NCBI GenBank assembly: GCA_052246995.1
Contig: JBQPWD010000004.1
Location: 32,001-96,000, forward strand
Length of the DNA: 64,000 nt
From: Candidatus Bathyarchaeota archaeon
GTDB lineage: Archaea; Thermoproteota; Bathyarchaeia; Hecatellales; Hecatellaceae
Reading direction: 5' to 3'
Part shown: piece by piece, positions 10,744-20,462 of the stretch
Layout: each line of letters begins with the position of its first letter
Position numbering within the stretch: the first letter of the stretch is position 1
The notes under the pieces: model-generated
What the model saw: only the letters and a program-made list of their open reading frames with translations
The model's database searches: none
What the model was told of the DNA's origin: nothing
Program-made: the position numbers and the translations under genes

Positions 10744-10888
10744 TCAAATTCAAAAGAAGCCTCTACAGGTTTTAGTAAGTAGGAAGCTTCTAAACTCTAA
10801 ATACCCTTACCTCCGCGTAGACTGTGGAACGTTTAAGAACTCTTTAGTTCTGAATAGTTCTTAACAATTTAAAAATGCTAAGTTTAAA

Positions 10889-11752
10889 TTAATTTACAAG
10901 TTTTTGTTTATAAAGTTCTTGCAGTAGCCTCTTTGCATACTTTTCATCTGTAAAAGCTTTTAACCTTTTTACTGTTGTATCATATGCATCAATAACTTCT
11001 TCCTCCAAAGTTTTAGCATAATTTGCTTTAGGATCTATTTCATCAAGTTTATGAATCAAAATTTCTCTTTCCTCTTTGGGCATTATTCTTTTATCTGTCA
11101 TTGCGGCTGCTCTTGCATAAATTCCTTCATCCAGCAAGTACTTTAAAGCTTTAAAAGGAAGTTCATAAAATTCACCCATTGCTCCAGTTCTTTGAGTAAA
11201 ACCTTCAGGGGTTGCAGCTTTGAAAGAAACCCTAACATAAAGCTTATTCTTAAACTCTGCAAGCCTTTTCACATAACCTTTATCATTTCCCAAAATTATT
11301 CCATTTGTTTCCAAAATAAAAAGAGAATATTTTGATTCTTTAACAAAGCTAAGCACAGCCAGTAGATGCTCCTTTCCAATAGTTGGCTCACATCCAGATA
11401 AACGGAGCTTGTTAACTTTTGGAATAAGCGTTCTCCAATAATCAGAGTAAACAATCCCTTCTTCAGCAGCCTTAAACAGGTTTTGAGAAACTTGCTTTGG
11501 AGAATAAAATTTACCAAATTTTTCAGGAAAATCCCTTGACCAACCACTCCAGCAGTAAATACACCTCAAACAACAACCAACAGCGTAACCAGTAGCTATA
11601 CCTCTATAAACAGGAATAGAATAAAAATCAGTATATTTTCTTTCTAAGCCATCATTACAATTCCTAGTTACCATTCTCTCAGTTTCCTTTGCTAATTCTA
11701 AAGGATTAAAAGGCTTAAAACCTCTGGTTAAAAATCTTTGATACTCGTTCAT
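10889..11752 (-). CDS. Radical SAM protein
   Basis: GCCLRCIYC (CxxxCxxC), SGCEP, LETNG. Confidence 0.88.
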   Translation of the reverse strand: MNEYQRFLTRGFKPFNPLELAKETERMVTRNCNDGLERKYTDFYSIPVYRGIATGYAVGCCLRCIYCWSGWSRDFPEKFGKFYSPKQVSQNLFKAAEEGIVYSDYWRTLIPKVNKLRLSGCEPTIGKEHLLAVLSFVKESKYSLFILETNGIILGNDKGYVKRLAEFKNKLYVRVSFKAATPEGFTQRTGAMGEFYELPFKALKYLLDEGIYARAAAMTDKRIMPKEEREILIHKLDEIDPKANYAKTLEEEVIDAYDTTVKRLKAFTDEKYAKRLLQELYKQKLVN

Positions 11753-11885
11753 TTATTCCACAATTTTAGTTTTGATGAAGGAGGACTAAAGTACTAGCAA
11801 AAATACAACATCGCCTTATTTTGAATAGTTTAATCTGTTACTATAATAACAACTTTTTAAAGATTTATGTGCATTAAACAGCAAT

Positions 11886-11913
11886 AAGTGGAAAATTTAC
11901 CAGTTTTCCACTT
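11886..11913. repeat. 10-bp perfect inverted repeat within a GGAAAA/TTTTCC-rich intergenic region
   Basis: AAGTGGAAAA-N8-TTTTCCACTT followed by further TTTTCC copies. Confidence 0.5.
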
Positions 11914-12241
11914 TTCCATTTTCCCCGCAGGCTTTAAAATTTTCAACCTAAAGGTTATGTATAAACACCACAGCATACTACTCTGTACCACAAATTTTGC
12001 TTTTCCAGGAAATAGAAACATTAAAGCCCTCTATTTAATGGAAAAATGAGGTAATAATGAATTATTAAGGCGATGTAAAAACACTTTTCTATTTTTGTTT
12101 CTGATTTTCCGTCCGTGAAGTTTATTGTTTTCCCTTCGGAAAAACGTTAAAAAGTAAAGTTTGGATGTTGAATATAATACTTTTAGTTAGGAATTTGCTT
12201 AAAAGTTAGTTACCCTACTGTTATAATGAGAAGAGTTTTGG

Positions 12242-13702
12242 GTGTTAAGTTTGGTTTTAAAAACTTCCCAAGAATATGTTGAAAGTTTAAGAAGACTTAA
12301 ATTGAACGTTTACATGTTTGGTGAGAAAATCATAAATTTTGTTGAACATCCAATAATTAAGCCTTCAATAAATTCTGTGGCTAAAACCTACGAGGTTGCA
12401 GAGAAACCAGAATATGCCTCTATAGCAACAGCGAATTCGCATCTTACAGGTGAAAAAATTAACAGGTTTACACATATCCACCAAAATGTTGAAGATTTGA
12501 TTAAGAAACTTAGATTGCTTAGAGTTTTAGGTCAACTAACAGGTACGTGTTTTCAAAGATGTCCAGGTTGGGATGCTATCAACGCCTTATACAGCGTAAC
12601 CTATGAGATAGATAAAAAACATGGAACAAGATACCATGAAAACCTTAAAGAATATGTTAAATATCTTCAACAGGAAGACCTTGCTGCTTGTGCAGCCATG
12701 ACAGATCCTAAGGGAGATAGAAGTCTTAGACCCTCAACTTTACCGGATAAAGACCTATACCTACATGTTGTGGAAGAACTAAAAGATGGTGTTGTTGTTA
12801 GGGGTGCTAAAGCGCACCAAACTGGTGCACTTAATTCTCACGAAAAAATTGTTATGCCAACTTTAGCTATGAATAATGATGAAAAAGCCTACGCTATATC
12901 CTTTGCAATTCCAAGCGATGCTGATGGGATAATCTACATCTATGGTAGGCAATCATGTGACCTTAGAAAAATGGAGAAAAATGCGGAAATAGACCTTGGG
13001 AATGCTAGTTTTGGAGGCCAAGAAGCGCTAATAGTATTTAATGACGTTTTCATTCCTAGGGAAAGAATCTTCATGTTTGGAGAAAACGAGTTTAGTAGGA
13101 GTCTGGTTGAGAGGTTTGCAGGTTTTCACAGACATAGTTATGGTGGATGTAAGGTTGGATGTGGAGATGTTCTTATAGGTGCAACAGCTCTTATAGCTGA
13201 ATATAACGGTATTGCTGATGCAAGTCATGTAAGAGATAAAATTGCTGAAATGATTCATTTAAATGAAACATTATGGGCTTGTGGCTTAGCAGCCTCAGTT
13301 GAAGGTAAAAAAACTGATTCAGGAGCATACCTAATAGATTTAATGCTTGCAAACGTTTGTAAGCTAAACGTTACAAGAAATCCCTACGAAATAGCTAGAT
13401 TAGCTCAAGACATTGCGGGAGGTTTAATGGTAACTTTACCGTCAGAAAAAGATTTTAAACATCCAGAAATCGGGAAATACTTGAATAAATACTTTAAAGG
13501 TAAGATAGACATTCCAACGGAACACAGAACAAGAATTCTAAGATTAATAGAAAACATGACCCTAGGTTTTGGTGCAGTAGGTTATCTGGTTGAATCTTTA
13601 CATGGTGCAGGCTCACCCCAAACACAAAAAGTGATGATTAGAAGACTTACAGATTTAGAGTATAAGAAAAAAATTGCAAAAGAGATAGCTGGAATTAGGT
13701 AA
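12242..13702 (+). CDS. abfD: 4-hydroxybutyryl-CoA dehydratase / vinylacetyl-CoA isomerase family
   Basis: TGTCFQRC and HRHSYGGCK (3 Cys + His Fe-S ligands), MTDPKGDRS, GGQEA, ESLHGAGSP. Confidence 0.88.
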   Translation: MLSLVLKTSQEYVESLRRLKLNVYMFGEKIINFVEHPIIKPSINSVAKTYEVAEKPEYASIATANSHLTGEKINRFTHIHQNVEDLIKKLRLLRVLGQLTGTCFQRCPGWDAINALYSVTYEIDKKHGTRYHENLKEYVKYLQQEDLAACAAMTDPKGDRSLRPSTLPDKDLYLHVVEELKDGVVVRGAKAHQTGALNSHEKIVMPTLAMNNDEKAYAISFAIPSDADGIIYIYGRQSCDLRKMEKNAEIDLGNASFGGQEALIVFNDVFIPRERIFMFGENEFSRSLVERFAGFHRHSYGGCKVGCGDVLIGATALIAEYNGIADASHVRDKIAEMIHLNETLWACGLAASVEGKKTDSGAYLIDLMLANVCKLNVTRNPYEIARLAQDIAGGLMVTLPSEKDFKHPEIGKYLNKYFKGKIDIPTEHRTRILRLIENMTLGFGAVGYLVESLHGAGSPQTQKVMIRRLTDLEYKKKIAKEIAGIR

Positions 13703-13919
13703 GACCTATCCAACCAGCAATAGAAAAATCATCCTAAAAAAGTAATAAAAAAATCAAACTACCAAAAAGGAAGACTAGCCTTAAACTTCGTAAAACGTCC
13801 AACCTTCATGAAAAATGAGTGATGTTGCCAGTAGGTTTAAGCTTCCATCGAAACCTTTAACCCCTAAACATATCAACAAAATATGATGCTTCATAAAAAG
13901 CCTTAAAAGACGTTAAACT

Positions 13920-15410
13920 TTAACCTACCCTCACCATCTTTATTTCTTGCCAGACCGATTTTACAAGCATTCTTGTATCCACGTCTATTACGGAAAGTAG
14001 AGCAAGGTAGAAGATTCCGCCGAAGGCTGTTAGGCCTAAAATCTGGTATACTCTGACTGGTTCAAACATGTTCTTAACTAAGATGAGGATACCACTCATA
14101 ATTATTGAGGTGAAAACGTATTTGGTGATGTTTTTCCATGGAATTTCTATTTTAGCCATTTTGCAAACCATAAGGTACAATATTAAAAACATTACAAAGC
14201 GTGTTGTTGAGTTTATTATAACCACTGCAAGGGAGGACTGTATCGGCTGGTTTTGCGTGTATGTTGTTAGCACATAGTATGTTAAAGGTATAGTTATGGC
14301 TGAGTGAACGTATGGCAGGGAGAATGCTACAAAAAGCCGGCTTTTCATAAGCTCTCTAAACGGTATTTTTGCCTCTTCGTCTATTCTTTCAAGTCCGTAA
14401 AGTATAAAGCTAAACACTGTGGATATTGTCGTCACAAGGGAATCCACAGCTAAGACCATCAACACTGGCCATGCTAGTTGATAGTCTTCTTTGAGGATTG
14501 AGAGGTAAAGTTCTGGTAGTGTGAGAGCTCCAGCGGTCATGGGTATTGCAAACATTAAGACTGTTTTTATGGATGTTGTTATCTGTTGGCTGCTTTTCTC
14601 CGTTAAAAGTTTTGGGTAGAGGGCAAAGGCCAGAAAAGATGAGTATGTTATTATAGTGGCTATTTGGTATGCAGCACCGTAGTTGCCTCTTGCCGCTTCT
14701 CCACCATAGATAAAAAGTATTATAAAGATGAAGCCGGCTATCTGGTTGCCTAAAACATTGTAGACGTTTACAACAGAACCCTTCAACCACTCTTTTACAT
14801 ACGCCCATTTCACATCTTGTTTAAAGTCTTCTACGAGTAGTTTTAGGTAGTAGAGAACTTGCAAGGCAATAGCAACAGTTATGCTTACTATTGCTCCTTC
14901 TAAGGGTTTTTTAAACCCAATTATGATAACATAACCTAGTAAAACCTTGCATACCTCAGCTATTAGTAGCCCGTAGCCAAGGGTTTGAGGTTTTTTTGCC
15001 CTTAAACATGCTTCAAGAGTGTTAAGTAGATGAAGTTCAACTATTTGGATTGAAACAAGAATGTATAGGTTAACATATTTTTGGACACCTAATGCTGAGG
15101 CTATAAACGGAATTAGGGATATGTAGATTGCCGTTGTGGCTAAGGATATTGCCAGGTTTGCCATCACTCCTGTTTTTACTGCACCTTCTTCCCCTCTCGC
15201 CACAAAACGCATAACCCAGAAGGGAAGAATTCCAGCCATTGTTGTGAAATAGGTTAGTACATCGTTTACGTTAAACAAAACCCCATACTCATTTGGGCTG
15301 GTTGAGCGGGCCACCATGTACTGGAAAGCCAAACCAGTAGCTATGCTGACTATTTTAGCAGCAAAAATAATAAAACCAGAATACTGAACCCTAACCTCGT
15401 TTTTACTCAA
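13920..15410 (-). CDS. Polysaccharide flippase / MOP superfamily membrane protein
   Basis: About 13-14 hydrophobic helices; ARSTSPNEYG, GNYGAAYQI and ALYPKL typical of Wzx-like exporters. Confidence 0.7.
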   Translation of the reverse strand: MSKNEVRVQYSGFIIFAAKIVSIATGLAFQYMVARSTSPNEYGVLFNVNDVLTYFTTMAGILPFWVMRFVARGEEGAVKTGVMANLAISLATTAIYISLIPFIASALGVQKYVNLYILVSIQIVELHLLNTLEACLRAKKPQTLGYGLLIAEVCKVLLGYVIIIGFKKPLEGAIVSITVAIALQVLYYLKLLVEDFKQDVKWAYVKEWLKGSVVNVYNVLGNQIAGFIFIILFIYGGEAARGNYGAAYQIATIITYSSFLAFALYPKLLTEKSSQQITTSIKTVLMFAIPMTAGALTLPELYLSILKEDYQLAWPVLMVLAVDSLVTTISTVFSFILYGLERIDEEAKIPFRELMKSRLFVAFSLPYVHSAITIPLTYYVLTTYTQNQPIQSSLAVVIINSTTRFVMFLILYLMVCKMAKIEIPWKNITKYVFTSIIMSGILILVKNMFEPVRVYQILGLTAFGGIFYLALLSVIDVDTRMLVKSVWQEIKMVRVG

Positions 15411-15724
15411 AATTCCACCTTTATACTTGAGCAGCCCCAGTTACAGCGTTTCCAAGATTTTACTTTAATAGTTTTAGGCATTATTATTTATTCATCATCT
15501 TTTTAACATTCTTCAACCTCAAAGTATTTATTTTTTAAAAAACCATCTATTCCTACTCGCCGAGAAACCTTTCTACTTTTCCATGTGAAATTTTGAGAAC
15601 ACGTTTAAACATAGATTTAAGAAGCATGTTAAAGCTAATGTTTTTTAAAATTCATCCTATTTTGGCAATTAATTGACGTCTTAAAATTGTTTGAAGACGA
15701 GTTTAATTAACATTATCAGATACG

Positions 15725-15802
15725 TGGTGCGGCCGCCGGGATTTGAACCCGGGTTAGGGGCTTGGAGGGCCCCTGTCCTAGTCCAGTCTAGACCACGGCC
15801 GC
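15725..15802 (-). tRNA. tRNA-Gly(TCC), CCA encoded, C at position 33
   Basis: Reverse complement GCGGCCG...GGGGC-CCTCCAA-GCCCC...CCGGG-TTCAAAT-CCCGG CGGCCGC A CCA. Confidence 0.93.
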
Positions 15803-16281
15803 GTTTAAAAATTCTATCTTACCATGTTTCTAATTACTTTATAAGCTAGCTTTAAAGTTGTTGAAGATACTTTTAAAAATTTCTGTTTTTGGTTAAGTCT
15901 ATGTGATATGCGAAGATATTCCATAACCATGCCATGAAGATTGTTAATAACAGAGAGCTATCCCAAAAGATGCGTCGTTAGGTAGTGAGTTTTATAAATT
16001 TTTGGATTTTGATTTTCTAAATTCAGAATAAGATTGATATAGGAAACATAGGTGCACATGAATACTATCATCCAAGCAACAAGTGCACACTATGGATGCT
16101 AAAATTCACCAGAACCTTAACCATAAAACCTACCAGGAAATGAAACATACAACCTTTTAGAGTTGTCATTCTCTTTAGTTTTCACGGTTTTAACCTTGAA
16201 ATTTTTAGTATGTCTTCCACAGCTTTCTCGCTTAAAAGGCAGTTTTTAACTGTTTTCTTGTTATGTTTTCCTGTTTTATGT

Positions 16282-17124
16282 TTAAACTGATTTAAAAATG
16301 GATATTAGAATAACAATTAGTGGAGGAATTATTGCTATAGGTAGTCCTGGAAACAGCCCACGTTTTTCAAGCATTTTTAAGGATAGAAATATCCCTAAAA
16401 AAATCATTGTAACACATACCATGAATGTTTCTATTGAAAAGAATATGTAGACATGAGCTATTAGAGAAGAATAAAGAAAAAGGTCGCCTAAACCTATAAG
16501 AAGTTCCCTATACGTGATAGTAAGCTCGGTTAAAACCAGTTTACTCCTGTTATCGGTAAGTGTTACAAGTTTTTTAATTGGTCCGACACCTACGGCAAAG
16601 ATGTCGTAAAATGATAAGGCTAAAAGAATCGTGATGAGACTTAAAGTTGGAATTATAAATCCAAAAAATGTCCCTAAACTTGATGCAAAAACTAGAATGA
16701 GGATGTTTCTAAGTAGACCTCTAATAATAAAAATGCAGTAAAGGGTAAGAAGTGTTGCTACTACACATATTAAAAAGAGAACTGACAAGTTTAAAGGTGG
16801 GTTAAAAAATCCTAGAATCCATAAGAAAGCTGGAAGATAGAAAATGTAGAAGATGAAAACTATGGTAAAGTAGCTTAAAGAGATAAGAACTTTTAAAATT
16901 TTAACACGTCTATGCTTGCTAAGGACGTAAACAACTAGCCCAGCAAAAACCATGATAAGGGTGAAATATAGGGCATCAAAAAGAAAAGAGTGCTCAACAG
17001 GAAATGTTAACATTAAGGGAGGGGTGCCGTAAGTTGTTAAAAGAATTTGGGCAAAAAATATTGAAAGAAAGATTGTTAAAATAAATGGTAAAGAATGGTG
17101 AATTTTAACTTTAAAGCGGCTCAT
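16282..17124 (-). CDS. Presenilin-family intramembrane aspartyl protease
   Basis: YD (FYDIFAV), GxGD (IGLGDL) and PAL-like PGLP motifs in a multi-TM protein. Confidence 0.88.
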   Translation of the reverse strand: MSRFKVKIHHSLPFILTIFLSIFFAQILLTTYGTPPLMLTFPVEHSFLFDALYFTLIMVFAGLVVYVLSKHRRVKILKVLISLSYFTIVFIFYIFYLPAFLWILGFFNPPLNLSVLFLICVVATLLTLYCIFIIRGLLRNILILVFASSLGTFFGFIIPTLSLITILLALSFYDIFAVGVGPIKKLVTLTDNRSKLVLTELTITYRELLIGLGDLFLYSSLIAHVYIFFSIETFMVCVTMIFLGIFLSLKMLEKRGLFPGLPIAIIPPLIVILISIFKSV

Positions 17125-17678
17125 TTAAGCTCTTCCATCAACCTTAAAAGTTTTAAATCACAGCTACTACAGAAGGTTGGAAGCTTGTTATCAGTATCCT
17201 CTATACTATTAGAAAAATACATTACACATTTAGGATTTTTACAGTGAGGAAGGCCAAAGGTATGTCCTAGCTCATGCACAACCTCTTTTTTAAGCCTATA
17301 AAGAAATAGTGAATCATCTTTAGGTGTACCATAAAACTCTGGTTTAAGCCTAAAAATTGAAACTACAGCAAATTTTCCAGGAAATAAAGCTTCACCAAAA
17401 ACAAAGTTTAATCCTGGAACGTAAAGGTCAACATCAACTATTGATAAAAACTTTTCAGCGTCCATTTTACATGTATGCTCTTTAAGATTTTTAATGATAA
17501 TTGTTGAGTAATATTGTTTCCTAGCAGGATTAAAACTTCCATCCAATATGCTCCTACTAATAGACCCTCCTACACAGCTAAAACTTGGAAAAACATTTTC
17601 AACATGTTTTTCAACAACCCCAGTTAAATCAAGCTTTAAACCTTCAATATAAAGCAAGCTGATTCTGGATGTAGCCAT
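17121..17678 (-). CDS. amzA: Archaemetzincin Zn metalloprotease
   Basis: HELGHTFGLPHC, CVM Met-turn, C-terminal CxxC. Confidence 0.93.
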   Translation of the reverse strand: MATSRISLLYIEGLKLDLTGVVEKHVENVFPSFSCVGGSISRSILDGSFNPARKQYYSTIIIKNLKEHTCKMDAEKFLSIVDVDLYVPGLNFVFGEALFPGKFAVVSIFRLKPEFYGTPKDDSLFLYRLKKEVVHELGHTFGLPHCKNPKCVMYFSNSIEDTDNKLPTFCSSCDLKLLRLMEELK

Positions 17679-17888
17679 GATAATAAACCTAAACCTATAT
17701 AGAAGTTACCTAAAATAAATCTTACTACAATGTTAACAACAAAAATAAAGTTAAACCTAGTTGGTTAAAAACAGGTGATTACAACTAAAGTAAAGAAGGA
17801 AAGTAAAAAGAGGTTTAACCAGAACAAACGCATATTTATTCGGTAACACCTAAATTCTATTAATATTCTTTTAGCGGGAAGAAGAAAA

Positions 17889-19709
17889 TTGTGTGGAATC
17901 TTTGGAGGTATACTTAAAACTGGGAATGTTGCACCACTTTTACATAAATCCTTAAAGATGTTGGAGTATAGAGGCTATGATTCAGCTGGAGAAGCAACAA
18001 TTCATAACGGAAAAGTTTACGTAAAAAAAGATGCTGGAAAAATTGACGAAATTCATAAAGCCCTTAATCTTGATGAACTTCCAGGAAGAATAGGAATAGC
18101 CCATACAAGGTGGGCAACACACGGAGCACCATTGAAAATTAATGCTCACCCACATCTAGACTGTAAAGAACAGATTGCTGTTGTTCATAACGGCATAATT
18201 GAGAATTTTGAGGAAATTAAAAGAGAGCTTGAAGCAAAAGGCCATATTTTTATTTCTAAAACAGATACTGAAGTTATTCCACATCTTATAGAGGAAAACA
18301 TTAAAAATGGGTTAAATTTTCCTAAAGCTTTTAGGGAAGCTGTTAAAAGACTTGAAGGTTCGTATGCTATAGCTGCAATTTGCAGTTTTGAACCAGACCT
18401 TCTAATTGTAGCAAGAAAAGAAAGCCCGCTTATAATTGGTTTATCGGAGGATGGATATTTCTGTGCTTCAGACATTCCAGCCTTGCTACCGCTAACAAGA
18501 AGTATTTTAGAGGTTTACGATGGAGAAATGGCTATTTTAAGTTTTAAAAATTTAATTCTTGAAAAGATTGGTGACGGTTCTCTGGTTACAAGAAGAACTA
18601 AAACTATTACATGGACCCTTGAAAACGCCATAAAAGGTGGGTATCCACATTTCATGCTTAAAGAAATTCATGAACAACAGGAATCTTTACGTGAAGCCTT
18701 AAGAGTTCAGCAAAAATATGTAGACCTTTTAACAACATTTCTTGGTAAAGCTAAAGATATTTTTCTTTTAGCTTCAGGTACATCTTATCATGCATGTGTT
18801 GCAGGATCATACATTTTTAGTAAGCTTGCAAAAACTTCAACATGTCCTGTGATAGCCTCAGAATTTATTGAACAATTTGGGGACTGTGTTAACATCGATA
18901 CCACTATTCTTGCTGTAAGCCAATCCGGGGAAACAGCTGATGTCCTTAGAGCCATTGACCATGCAAGATTTAAAGCTGCAACAATTTTAGGATTAACAAA
19001 CGTTATAGGTTCAACTCTTACAAGAATCTCAAGAGCCTATTTATGTCAAAATTCAGGTCCTGAGATTGGTGTAGCTGCAACTAAAACTTTTACAGCTCAA
19101 CTTGCAGTTTTAACAATTTTAGCATTAAACCTTGCAAAGGTTAAAGGTAAAATTTCCCAAGAAGATTTTGACAATATTAAAGGTAAGCTTTATGAGATGC
19201 CTAAACTTGTCGGAAAAATTATTGATGAACAAGAAGAGAATGTTAAAAAGATTGCATCAAAACTTAAAAATAAAAACTTATTTGTTTTTCTTGCTAGGGG
19301 AGTTAATGTTGCAACAGCTTTAGAGGGAAAACTAAAGCTTTTGGAAGTTTCCTACATTCCATGCATTGCTTATCCTGCTGGGGAAAGTAAGCATGGACCT
19401 ATAAGTCTAATAGAACCTGGAATACCTGTTGTATGTATATGTCCTAAAGGTGAAACATACAAACTTATGGTTAATAACATTGTTGAAATGAAAAGTAGAG
19501 GGGCAACGGTTATAGGTGTTGTTGAAGAGGATGATGAAGTTTTAAAAAACCTTGATAGTTACATTGAAATACCTAAAGGTATACCTGAAGTATTAACACC
19601 AATACCATACATAGTTCCACTCCAGCTTTTTGCATACTACATGGCTGTAGAAAAAAACCTAGATCCGGATAAGCCTAGAAATCTAGCAAAATCTGTAACA
19701 GTTGTATAA
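17889..19709 (+). CDS. glmS: Glutamine--fructose-6-phosphate transaminase
   Basis: MCGI N-terminus, HTRWATHG, SQSGETAD, PRNLAKSVTV. Confidence 0.97.
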   Translation: MCGIFGGILKTGNVAPLLHKSLKMLEYRGYDSAGEATIHNGKVYVKKDAGKIDEIHKALNLDELPGRIGIAHTRWATHGAPLKINAHPHLDCKEQIAVVHNGIIENFEEIKRELEAKGHIFISKTDTEVIPHLIEENIKNGLNFPKAFREAVKRLEGSYAIAAICSFEPDLLIVARKESPLIIGLSEDGYFCASDIPALLPLTRSILEVYDGEMAILSFKNLILEKIGDGSLVTRRTKTITWTLENAIKGGYPHFMLKEIHEQQESLREALRVQQKYVDLLTTFLGKAKDIFLLASGTSYHACVAGSYIFSKLAKTSTCPVIASEFIEQFGDCVNIDTTILAVSQSGETADVLRAIDHARFKAATILGLTNVIGSTLTRISRAYLCQNSGPEIGVAATKTFTAQLAVLTILALNLAKVKGKISQEDFDNIKGKLYEMPKLVGKIIDEQEENVKKIASKLKNKNLFVFLARGVNVATALEGKLKLLEVSYIPCIAYPAGESKHGPISLIEPGIPVVCICPKGETYKLMVNNIVEMKSRGATVIGVVEEDDEVLKNLDSYIEIPKGIPEVLTPIPYIVPLQLFAYYMAVEKNLDPDKPRNLAKSVTVV

Positions 19710-19734
19710 ATAGTTGTAAAATAGACTAAAGCTT

Positions 19735-20433
19735 TTAGGTTTTAGGATTTAAACTTAACATTTCACAAAGTTTCAGGTAAACTTTTTCAGCAGCTTCAGG
19801 ATCGGGTTTCTCAGGATTTTCTGGGTGAGGTTGAGTTTTACCAAAAAGACATAATGCGTCGATATTTTTAAGACTGGCTAACCCAAAAATAAGTCCAGAA
19901 AAACCCATAAATGGACCTTCATAGCCAGTATTTAAACCAAAATTTTTTTTGGCTTCATCCAAAAGTTCTTTTTTTGTTGCTGCACAACAAACTTCAGGAC
20001 CATCCATACCGTAGCCTGCAAGAACAATCATTTTTTTGACGTTAAACTTTTCAAGCATGTCTACAACCTTCCATGCAACCTCATATTGTCCCTGAAAATT
20101 TGCATGATAACCTCTTACAAGTATAATTTCAGGTTTAGCTGTAAAGTAAAAGTTAACCCTTGGAAGTATAATCTTGGAATCTTTAAACTTAACACCTACA
20201 TCACCAAGAAAACCAGGTATAGGAGCATATGAAGGCTTAGTATCATAAAATACTGGAAAACTCTTAGAATAAATTTGTAGGAAAAGTTTTGCTTTAAGCT
20301 TCTTAACCAAGCTGGTTAAAGCAAGTTTTCCAACAGAGCGTAAACCAGGTGAACCTACTATAGCTATTGGGTTGGTTAATGGAGGTGAAAATTTAAGTTT
20401 AATTTCTAGATTATCTTTTTCTTGCACACCCAA
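19735..20433 (-). CDS. PAC2 family proteasome assembly chaperone-like protein
   Basis: GSPGLRSVGKLA, GQYEVA, GFSGLIFG, PDPEAA. Confidence 0.8.
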   Translation of the reverse strand: MGVQEKDNLEIKLKFSPPLTNPIAIVGSPGLRSVGKLALTSLVKKLKAKLFLQIYSKSFPVFYDTKPSYAPIPGFLGDVGVKFKDSKIILPRVNFYFTAKPEIILVRGYHANFQGQYEVAWKVVDMLEKFNVKKMIVLAGYGMDGPEVCCAATKKELLDEAKKNFGLNTGYEGPFMGFSGLIFGLASLKNIDALCLFGKTQPHPENPEKPDPEAAEKVYLKLCEMLSLNPKT

Positions 20434-20462
20434 TTTTACTAACCTTAACCACGCTTTAAAGG

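Noticed and set aside
10490-10753. 87-aa minus-strand ORF (MDRAGLEPATFRMPSGRS)
   Set aside because: It is the antisense translation of tRNA-Ala and the end of the ligase gene.
13900-15802. Integrated element at tRNA-Gly (the flippase gene looks somewhat GC-richer)
   Set aside because: No integrase and no duplicated tRNA 3' end seen in the window.
15850-16280. Possible gene remnant or ncRNA upstream of tRNA-Gly (GTGCAC occurs twice)
   Set aside because: No sustained ORF or convincing structure could be supported.
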